This document shows positions 18,628-26,216 of a DNA stretch of 36,199 nt, piece by piece (the stretch's first letter is position 1; each line of letters begins with the position of its first letter). The stretch is from IMG/VR virus record IMGVR_UViG_2778261083_000005. One strand, written 5' to 3'. Under the pieces are notes generated by a model that searched no databases, had not been told where the DNA came from, and saw nothing but the letters and a program-made list of their open reading frames with translations. A program made the position numbers and the translations under genes. Origin of the DNA: a virus (lineage: Duplodnaviria; Heunggongvirae; Uroviricota; Caudoviricetes).

Positions 18628-18823
18628 AGTCCTCCCGCGAGATCTGCCCGTCGCGCAGAAGCTGGTAGGCTTTGTGTTTGTAGTACCAGTTGATAGCCAG
18701 CATCAGCACACCAATCATCAGGCCGCCCAGCGTTGAGGCATCCTTGATGGACAAATCGCCCAGCCAGGCCAGCACGACGGCGATGCAATACGTGATAAAG
18801 GCGCTGATTCGCTCCAGCGTCAT
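18608..18823 (-). CDS. Y: Holin (small two-TM, pinholin-like)
   Basis: 71 aa with two hydrophobic helices and a charged C-terminus; directly upstream of the endolysin. Confidence 0.65.
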   Translation of the reverse strand: MTLERISAFITYCIAVVLAWLGDLSIKDASTLGGLMIGVLMLAINWYYKHKAYQLLRDGQISREDYESINR

Positions 18824-18826
18824 AAT

Positions 18827-19030
18827 TCAGTCCCATAGCTGGACGGTCTGCACGGTGGTGGTGGTCGGAATGTCCGGCAGCTCCACCTGCAGCCCGTGAG
18901 GTAAAAAGGGGCCATATTCGGCAAGCCCCGGATTTGCCTTCAGTACCTGCTCCGTGACACCCTGCGTGCGCCCGTAATGACGCCAGCAAAGCGCGTCCAC
19001 CGTGTCATACTGATGCGCACGCACTTTCAT
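18827..19030 (-). CDS. X: Tail protein X
   Basis: 67 aa; ATG at 19028-19030 overlaps the L stop; size and position as P2 gpX. Confidence 0.75.
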   Translation of the reverse strand: MKVRAHQYDTVDALCWRHYGRTQGVTEQVLKANPGLAEYGPFLPHGLQVELPDIPTTTTVQTVQLWD

Positions 19031-19494
19031 CAGATAAGCTCCACTGTGCAGTGCGGCGCGTCCTGTACCCGGCTGATGGCCCAGCGGGCGTCACGCCATA
19101 AATCACCGCTGGCTTCCGCCAGTTCCTCGCCCCGCTTCACACCGGATGCCGTGGCGTCATAGTCCTGGTAACGTTCGTTGAGCATGGCGCGTGCCCAGCA
19201 GTAAACCGCGTTGAAATAGTGCTGAATGCGCTCACTTTTGCCGTCCAGTTGTTCTGCAGGAACCTCTGCCAGCGAGGCATACCCCAGCATCTGCTGGCGT
19301 CTGCGAAACTCATACAGCTCTGCGTTGACCTCCGAAATTGCCGACAGCGCAACCTGCTTTAAACGCGGCTGCGTCACCGTGCCGTCAGTGCGCATGACAC
19401 TGCGAAACTCCGACAGGTCCACATCAGGCCAGAACGGCGTATTTCTGATGATTTCCGCCTGTTCCGGTGCCTGTTCTGGCGCAACAAACTTCAT
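19030..19494 (-). CDS. L: Head completion protein gpL
   Basis: ATG at 19492-19494 (MKFVAPEQ...) with AGGAG SD 9 nt upstream, preferred over the longer ORF start at 19557. Confidence 0.8.
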   Translation of the reverse strand: MKFVAPEQAPEQAEIIRNTPFWPDVDLSEFRSVMRTDGTVTQPRLKQVALSAISEVNAELYEFRRRQQMLGYASLAEVPAEQLDGKSERIQHYFNAVYCWARAMLNERYQDYDATASGVKRGEELAEASGDLWRDARWAISRVQDAPHCTVELI

Positions 19495-19589
19495 GCTGCT
19501 TTCTCCTGAAATAGAGGGCGGTGGACGGGGTTTTGATGTGGCAGTGCCTTTCGCCACCCCGTGCCGCCCGTGCGCGGGGGCACGTTCTG

Positions 19590-20240
19590 TCAGCGGCTGT
19601 CATTGCGCAGTCTGCGCTCCAGCTGCTGTTTGTCTTTTTTCACGCCACAACGGGGATCGAGCTGTAACGCATGGTTGAGATGATTAAGGGCGGAAGCCGG
19701 ATTGCTTTCACTCAGGACAGCGCCAATCGCTTTATGCAGACGCGCCCGTGACTGGTCCGGCATATCCAGACCGTCTGTCAGCTCCAGCGTCTGCAACAAC
19801 AGATCGACATCAAAGCCGGTAGTGGCAAGCATTGCGCTCTGTGCCGCGTCTGCCATTTCCTCTGCCAGCACGGTCTGCACATTGCGGTTACCCAGCGGCA
19901 TCACCCAGCCATGACGCAGGGCATGACGCCCAATCTCCAGCGCCCCGGCATAATCTCCGGCATCAATGCGCCACAGCATCACGTACATCAGCACGTCATC
20001 CTGTTGAGCGCCTCCGGCAGCCAGGACGCCCTCCGCCCAGGCGGCATATTTCGGTAGCAGCTCCACCTTGATTTCCGCTTTTTTGACCGTGGACTGAACG
20101 CCCTTGAGACGGCGGCGGTCTTCCGCCAGTTGCAGCAGCATCAGGTCATAGCCCGACGCGTGGCGAACGCTGCCGCCCTCGCGGGCGGCCTGTTCAGCCT
20201 GAACGCGCAGGCGATGCTGCCGTGCGGGACTCAGGCTCAT
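19590..20240 (-). CDS. M: Terminase small subunit gpM
   Basis: 216 aa; ATG at 20238-20240; synteny N-M-L. Confidence 0.8.
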   Translation of the reverse strand: MSLSPARQHRLRVQAEQAAREGGSVRHASGYDLMLLQLAEDRRRLKGVQSTVKKAEIKVELLPKYAAWAEGVLAAGGAQQDDVLMYVMLWRIDAGDYAGALEIGRHALRHGWVMPLGNRNVQTVLAEEMADAAQSAMLATTGFDVDLLLQTLELTDGLDMPDQSRARLHKAIGAVLSESNPASALNHLNHALQLDPRCGVKKDKQQLERRLRNDSR

Positions 20241-20243
20241 GGG

Positions 20244-21302
20244 TTACGCTCCGACTTCTGCTGCAGCGGCGCTGAAATCGCCAATCTGGATGTTTTCCAC
20301 CAGTGCGGCGCAGCGGTAGTCCTCAACCACGTAGGCTTCGTTAACGGATTCAAAATTTTCAATCCGGTCACGTTTCGGGTTGTCGATAACTGAACGGCGG
20401 CGGGTGTCTTCCTGCCAGTAGATGGACAGGTTATCCAGACGGGTGATTAGCAGCGCATTCGGCGGGAAGAACGGCGCACGCACGGCCTGCAGGCCACCCA
20501 TGCGTTTCTGACTGATGATCATATCGGCAGCCAGTTTTTCACTGTTTTCCTGCTCTTTGTTGACCAGCGGGAAATACTTGTCAGACAGCAGTTCACGCCC
20601 GCAAATAACCACCAGATCGTCATCGTCCTGGTAGACCACGTCGATAAGCTCATTGACGGCATCCATCACCACGGCGTCCAGGTTGGCATATTCGCCACCT
20701 TTCCCGACTTTCACCGTACCCGGTGTGGTTTCACCGCCCGTAGTGGTGCTGCCCATGACGTGATCCGGTGCATCCTCACGGATTTTCTGCAGCCAGCCTT
20801 TGTTCACATCCTGCAGCAGCGGGTTTTCGCTACGGTTGGAGGTTTTCGCACGCTTCACACCGTTAAAGCCGATCATGATGCGGTCCAGTGCCTGACGTTT
20901 CACGATGGCGTCACGGATACGCACCTGGAAATCCTGAAACTTCGCCCATAGGTCCAGCTTCGCGTAGGTCAGCACCGTGTCAAAGTTGGTCTGTTCGCAT
21001 TTGTATTCCACATCGACCATCAGCGTCGGATCGACAGGTTCACGCTCTTTCGCGGTGGTGTCAGTGGTTCCGGCAATGGTGCTGCCAACACCCAGCCCCA
21101 GCAGCTGACCGGACTGCTCAGTCACTGGCGTGACGTTAATCAGCGTCAGGAAAGCGGCGGACTGCTGGATCTGGTCTTCCAGCGTCTGCTGCACAGACGG
21201 CTCCACGGTGAACTTGCTGGACAGTTCTTCAACTGCCACACCGTTCAGACGCGCCAGCTGCTGCAGGTAAGCGTTAAAAGCAAAGCGGGTATTCTTCTTC
21301 AT
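20244..21302 (-). CDS. N: Major capsid protein gpN
   Basis: 352 aa; ATG at 21300-21302; synteny and size. Confidence 0.9.
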   Translation of the reverse strand: MKKNTRFAFNAYLQQLARLNGVAVEELSSKFTVEPSVQQTLEDQIQQSAAFLTLINVTPVTEQSGQLLGLGVGSTIAGTTDTTAKEREPVDPTLMVDVEYKCEQTNFDTVLTYAKLDLWAKFQDFQVRIRDAIVKRQALDRIMIGFNGVKRAKTSNRSENPLLQDVNKGWLQKIREDAPDHVMGSTTTGGETTPGTVKVGKGGEYANLDAVVMDAVNELIDVVYQDDDDLVVICGRELLSDKYFPLVNKEQENSEKLAADMIISQKRMGGLQAVRAPFFPPNALLITRLDNLSIYWQEDTRRRSVIDNPKRDRIENFESVNEAYVVEDYRCAALVENIQIGDFSAAAAEVGA

Positions 21303-21318
21303 CGGGTTTTGTGCTCCA

Positions 21319-22152
21319 TCAGCAATTGGTCAGAGTGTCAGCGGGGGCGTTACCGCCTGTTGCACGCTGGCGGTAGTCCTGGCGGCTGTCTTCATGACTC
21401 AGCTTGTCCACCAGTTCGTTAAAGGCGGTTTGCTGTGCCTGCAGGGCAGTCTCCAGCTCAGACAGGCGTTCTTCCTGCTCAGACAGGGATTTTTCGGTGC
21501 GTGCGCTCAGGTTCTGCTGCTCAGTGGCGACCAGTTCCACGGCCTTATGCACATCAGAGAACCGGGCGTCATCGGACTGCTCTTTTTTGGTAAACAGCGC
21601 CGTGACGCGGGCAAACAGGGACGGTTTGTCGTCCTGGATTTCTTCCAGTTCGATCACCGTTTCCTCTGCAGCGGTAAAGAGATTGGCAGGATTCTGCTTG
21701 CGGTTTGCCAGTGGGTTATGGGCTGCACTGGCGCTGAATGTCAGCATTTCAGTGCCCAGACTGGCAGGGTCATCAGTGGCAGCCAGGCCGACCAGGTAGG
21801 CTTTGCCCGTATCAGCGAACTTCGGGCTGACTTCCATAGAGGTGAATAATTTCTGGCCTTTTTTCACCAGTTCCACCAAGGACTCCGTTGGCTCAACGTC
21901 GGCATACAGCGCCATCTTGCCTGCCAGCGGACCTTCCGTGATTTCTTCAGCAAACAGCGCCGTCACCTTGCCGTAGCGGTTAAAGGTGCTGTCCGGCAGA
22001 TAAGACTTGATGTGCTCAAGGTTAATCAGCGCGGTATACACCGCCGGATTGTAGCTGGCTGCCATCTGTTCCAGCCATTCACGCTGGATTTCGCGTCCGT
22101 CGGTGGTGGCACCTTCCACCCCGATGCGAAAACGCTTTGCTTTCACTGTCAT
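21319..22152 (-). CDS. O: Capsid scaffold protein gpO
   Basis: 277 aa; ATG at 22150-22152; charged coiled-coil C-terminus. Confidence 0.85.
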   Translation of the reverse strand: MTVKAKRFRIGVEGATTDGREIQREWLEQMAASYNPAVYTALINLEHIKSYLPDSTFNRYGKVTALFAEEITEGPLAGKMALYADVEPTESLVELVKKGQKLFTSMEVSPKFADTGKAYLVGLAATDDPASLGTEMLTFSASAAHNPLANRKQNPANLFTAAEETVIELEEIQDDKPSLFARVTALFTKKEQSDDARFSDVHKAVELVATEQQNLSARTEKSLSEQEERLSELETALQAQQTAFNELVDKLSHEDSRQDYRQRATGGNAPADTLTNC

Positions 22153-22230
22153 GAGCCGTGCTCCGTTAGAAAAAACTTACTGGAGCCTTATGGTTGCGGT
22201 GATGGGGGCAGTGAAACAATGCGCGGTATT

Positions 22231-22248
22231 TGTACCGACAACCACACA
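22231..22248. promoter_or_regulatory. Candidate Ogr/B activator site in the divergent O/P late promoter region (TGT-N12-ACA dyad)
   Basis: TGTaccgacaaccacACA, the only such dyad in the 142-bp O-P intergenic region; half-sites nearly identical to the PF site. Confidence 0.45.
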
Positions 22249-22294
22249 AACCGCAGGCGGGGAAAGCCGTCATTCAAGGCTGTAGGTTTATGCC

Positions 22295-24061
22295 ATGAAC
22301 ACCACACTGACACCCGCAGATCTCGATCCCCGTCGGCAGGCCATGCTGCTGTACTTTCAGGGATACCGCGTAGCCCGCATTGCTGAAATGCTGGGCGAGA
22401 AAGTTGCAACCGTTCACAGCTGGAAAAAACGCGACAAGTGGGGTGACTATGGGCCGCTGGATCAGATGCAGCTCACCACTGCCGCACGCTACTGCCAGCT
22501 CATTATGAAGGAGCACAAAGAAGGGAAAGATTTCAAAGAGATTGACCTGCTGGCGCGCCAGTCTGAGCGCCACGCGCGGATCGGCAAGTTTAACAATGGC
22601 GGCAACGAAGCCGACTTAAACCCTAACGTCGCCAACCGCAACAAAGGCCCGCGCCGTCAGCCGGAAAAAAATGTCTTCACCGATGAACAGATTGAGAAGC
22701 TGGAAGAAATCTTCCATTCCTCCATGTTCAACTACCAGCGCCACTGGTGGGAAGCCGGAAAAACCAACCGCATCCGCAACCTGCTGAAGTCACGCCAGAT
22801 CGGCGCGACCTTTTACTTTGCCCGTGAAGCCCTGATTGACGCCCTGCTTACCGGACGTAACCAGATTTTCCTTTCCGCCAGTAAGGCACAGGCCCACGTC
22901 TTTAAACAGTACATCATCGACTTCGCCAAAGAAGTGGAGGTGGAGCTGAAAGGCGATCCGATGGTGCTTCCCAACGGGGCCACGCTTTACTTCCTCGGCA
23001 CCAATGCCCGCACGGCCCAGAGTTACCACGGCAACCTGTATCTGGATGAATATTTCTGGATACCGAAATTCCAGGAACTGCGCAAAGTGGCTTCCGGTAT
23101 GGCTATTCACAAAAAATGGCGACAAACCTATTTTTCCACGCCATCCAGCCTGACACACAGTGCTTATCCGTTCTGGTCCGGTGCGCTGTTTAACCGTGGG
23201 CGCAACAAAGCCGATAAGGTGGACATCGACCTGTCCCACAACAATCTGGCCCCCGGCCTGCTGTGCGCAGACGGGCAATACCGCCAGATAGTCACCGTGG
23301 AAGATGCGGTGCGCGGCGGCTGTAACCTGTTCGACCTCGACCAGCTACGCATGGAGTACAGCCCGGACGAATATCAGAACCTGTTGATGTGCGAGTTCGT
23401 GGACGATCTCGCGTCCGTGTTCCCGCTCAGCGAACTGCAGGCGTGCATGGTGGACAGCTGGGAAGTCTGGACCGACTTTCATGCACTGGCCCTGCGCCCG
23501 TTTGGCTGGCGCGAGGTGTGGATCGGTTATGACCCGGCAAAAGGTACGCAGAACGGCGACAGCGCCGGATGCGTGGTGGTGGCACCGCCAGCCGTGCCAG
23601 GCGGTAAGTTTCGCATTCTTGAGCGTCACCAGTGGCGCGGGATGGACTTCCGCGCCCAGGCTGATGCAATCAAAAAACTGACCGAGCAGTACAACGTGAC
23701 CTATATCGGCATCGACTCGACGGGTGTCGGTCACGGGGTTTATGAGAACGTGAAAGCGTTTTTTCCAGCCGTCCGGGAGTTTGTCTACAACCCCAACGTT
23801 AAAAACGCCCTGGTACTCAAGGCCTACGACATTATCAGCCACCGCCGTCTGGAGTTTGACGCCGGGCACACCGACATTGCGCAGTCATTCATGGCAATCC
23901 GTCGCGCCACCACCGCCAGCGGCAACCGCCCGACCTATGAAGCCAGCCGCAGCGAAGAAGCCAGCCACGCCGATCTGGCCTGGGCAACGATGCACGCATT
24001 GTTTAACGAACCGCTGCAGGGCGAATCCGCCAATACCAGCAATATTGTGGAGATTTTTTGA
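22295..24061 (+). CDS. P: Terminase large subunit gpP
   Basis: 588 aa; ATG at 22295; ATPase/nuclease terminase-like; stop overlaps the Q start (TGATG). Confidence 0.9.
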   Translation: MNTTLTPADLDPRRQAMLLYFQGYRVARIAEMLGEKVATVHSWKKRDKWGDYGPLDQMQLTTAARYCQLIMKEHKEGKDFKEIDLLARQSERHARIGKFNNGGNEADLNPNVANRNKGPRRQPEKNVFTDEQIEKLEEIFHSSMFNYQRHWWEAGKTNRIRNLLKSRQIGATFYFAREALIDALLTGRNQIFLSASKAQAHVFKQYIIDFAKEVEVELKGDPMVLPNGATLYFLGTNARTAQSYHGNLYLDEYFWIPKFQELRKVASGMAIHKKWRQTYFSTPSSLTHSAYPFWSGALFNRGRNKADKVDIDLSHNNLAPGLLCADGQYRQIVTVEDAVRGGCNLFDLDQLRMEYSPDEYQNLLMCEFVDDLASVFPLSELQACMVDSWEVWTDFHALALRPFGWREVWIGYDPAKGTQNGDSAGCVVVAPPAVPGGKFRILERHQWRGMDFRAQADAIKKLTEQYNVTYIGIDSTGVGHGVYENVKAFFPAVREFVYNPNVKNALVLKAYDIISHRRLEFDAGHTDIAQSFMAIRRATTASGNRPTYEASRSEEASHADLAWATMHALFNEPLQGESANTSNIVEIF

Positions 24062-25095
24062 TGGGAAAGAGTAAGAAGAACCGCGCTGCGGCGACGAAAC
24101 AGATCCAGCATAAAAGCCAGACTTCAGCCGAAGCATTCAGCTTCGGTGATCCCGTTCCTGTTCTGGACCGCCGCGAACTGCTGGACTATGTGGAATGCGT
24201 ACAGATGGATCGTTGGTATGAGCCGCCTGTGAGTTTCGACGGACTGGCGCGAACCTTCCGCGCCGCCGTGCATCACAGCTCACCGATTGCAGTGAAGTGC
24301 AACATTCTGACCAGCACCTACATCCCTCACCCGCTGCTCAGCCAGCAGGCTTTTTCGCGTTTTGTACAGGACTATCTGGTTTTTGGTAACGCCTACCTGG
24401 AGAAACGCACGAACCGCTTCGGTGAAGTTATCGCCCTTGAGCCCGCACTGGCAAAATACACCCGACGCGGGTTAGACCTGGATACCTACTGGTTTGTGCA
24501 ATACGGCATGACTACGCAGCCGTATCAGTTCACGCAAGGCAACATTTTTCATCTGATGGAACCGGACATCAACCAGGAGATCTACGGCCTGCCCGGTTAT
24601 CTTTCTGCCATTCCGTCAGCTCTGCTCAACGAGTCCGCCACGCTGTTCCGCCGCAAGTATTACATTAACGGCAGTCATGCAGGCTTCATCATGTACATGA
24701 CCGATGCAGCGCAGAACCAGGAGGATGTGAACAACCTCCGCAATGCGATGAAAAGCGCCAAAGGTCCTGGTAACTTCCGTAACCTGTTTATGTACTCGCC
24801 TAACGGTAAAAAGGACGGGCTTCAGATTATCCCGTTGTCAGAAGTGGCGGCGAAGGATGAGTTCCTGAATATCAAGAACGTGAGCCGGGACGACATGATG
24901 GCGGCCCATCGTGTGCCGCCACAAATGATGGGGATAATGCCTAATAATGTCGGGGGGTTTGGGGATGTGGAGAAGGCCAGTCGCGTATTTGTACGTAATG
25001 AATTAACGCCCTTGCAAAAAAGGCTACAAGAGCTGAACGACTGGCTGGGCGAAGAAGTGATTAAATTTACGCCCTATATTCTTTCAGAAGAATAA
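24061..25095 (+). CDS. Q: Portal protein gpQ
   Basis: 344 aa from ATG at 24061 (the ORF-track start at 24058 is TTG); size matches P2 gpQ. Confidence 0.9.
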   Translation: MGKSKKNRAAATKQIQHKSQTSAEAFSFGDPVPVLDRRELLDYVECVQMDRWYEPPVSFDGLARTFRAAVHHSSPIAVKCNILTSTYIPHPLLSQQAFSRFVQDYLVFGNAYLEKRTNRFGEVIALEPALAKYTRRGLDLDTYWFVQYGMTTQPYQFTQGNIFHLMEPDINQEIYGLPGYLSAIPSALLNESATLFRRKYYINGSHAGFIMYMTDAAQNQEDVNNLRNAMKSAKGPGNFRNLFMYSPNGKKDGLQIIPLSEVAAKDEFLNIKNVSRDDMMAAHRVPPQMMGIMPNNVGGFGDVEKASRVFVRNELTPLQKRLQELNDWLGEEVIKFTPYILSEE

Positions 25096-25103
25096 TTCCG
25101 AAC

Positions 25104-25802
25104 TTATTTGTTTCTTCTTTGTTCACGCCTTGTCTTGGCTTCGATAAGGCGTTGAGGTTCAGTGTAAAGCCGTTCTAAAAAAAGATAGGTAAAATCTTCA
25201 AGATCCTCAGCAGCAGCTTTATCCAAAATACCTTCATGCGCTCCATCATTTCCGTCATCTTTAACGCATTCAGCTAGTTCCCTTAAAGCTTCAGGCAGTA
25301 GATGATTATCAAATAACCACTCCATTCTCAACCCTAGGCTTCTCCTTATTTTTTGCGCAGGCCCTTGCTCCCCATCAGGAAGAAGTCCTTTTGTGGCATA
25401 ATCAAGGCAAAGCCTAAACATGGTTGCTGCTGCATTATAACAACCTATAGCCAAACATTTCGCCCCTTCCTCATATGCACTATTGATATGCTCAGGTAAG
25501 AACTCTGGTGGCTCCTCTACTGCTAAGTCTGCCGGTGATATAGGCCTAACAACCTCTGCAACTTCCTTTAAGCCGAATATTCCACTTTCCCAATTATAGC
25601 TATCTAAAGTTTTATTTTTCGTTAAAGGTCTGCAAAGAAACATTGTCGTTTTATGACACTCTCGGCAAACACAATAGACCTCGTACTCGTATGTTTTACC
25701 CCCGCCCAATGCATTGTAAACCCTAGTGCAATTCAGCCCATTAACATCAAACGCTATTTTTTGTGATCCACATCGTGGACAGTCATCCACTAACATAACC
25801 AT
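25104..25802 (-). CDS. Zinc-ribbon protein with C-terminal DUF4145-like (predicted HEPN-type) domain; candidate abortive-infection/defence protein
   Basis: 232 aa; strong GGGAGGAG SD upstream of ATG at 25800-25802; N-terminal CPRC...CVCRECH zinc ribbon; C-terminal ...ALRELAECVKDDGNDGAHEG... resembling the R...GN.gAH motif of DUF4145; convergent with Q across an 8-bp gap. Confidence 0.7.
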   Translation of the reverse strand: MVMLVDDCPRCGSQKIAFDVNGLNCTRVYNALGGGKTYEYEVYCVCRECHKTTMFLCRPLTKNKTLDSYNWESGIFGLKEVAEVVRPISPADLAVEEPPEFLPEHINSAYEEGAKCLAIGCYNAAATMFRLCLDYATKGLLPDGEQGPAQKIRRSLGLRMEWLFDNHLLPEALRELAECVKDDGNDGAHEGILDKAAAEDLEDFTYLFLERLYTEPQRLIEAKTRREQRRNK

Positions 25803-25912
25803 GTCAATTACTCCTCCCTATGAAAAAAATGAGTTGAAAAATTGAATATTCACGACTTAAAAAGCTAGCCTATTTAACACCATAATTTCATTAATTCAAC
25901 CATGAGCGCGCG

Positions 25913-25931
25913 CTCGTATCCCCGCCACGCC
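25913..25931 (-). other. Candidate cos site (cohesive-end sequence)
   Basis: Minus-strand GGCGTGGCGGGGATACGAG matches the GGCG(A/T)GGCGGGGA core of P2/186 cohesive ends as I recall them (13 of 19 to 186); adjacent 12-bp palindrome gagcgcgcgctc at 25904-25915. Confidence 0.45.
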
Positions 25932-26104
25932 TGCCCGCTTTATGTAGCGGTTTTCATGCAGGCGCATGATCTACGCAAAATCCCACCAGTTCTGGCGTGC
26001 CTTAGCAAAAACGATCCGCAAACGATCATGCGATCTCATGCGGCATAGTCATGCACTTACGGGGGAAGTGAAATCCCGTAACCGAATGACCGCTTGAAAA
26101 ACAA

Positions 26105-26151
26105 AACTCTCGTTTTTATAAAGCACAAAGTCCGCTTTGAGCGAAGCGGAC
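26105..26151 (-). terminator. Candidate intrinsic terminator downstream of the KAP NTPase gene
   Basis: Inverted repeat gtccgctt(26130-26137)/aagcggac(26144-26151); on the minus strand it is followed by TTTGTGCTTTATAAAAAC. Confidence 0.4.
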
Positions 26152-26216
26152 GTTAATAATTTTACTGACTATCCCTAGTACTTCTAATAATATTGCCTAT
26201 GTTAATCAACAAAAAG

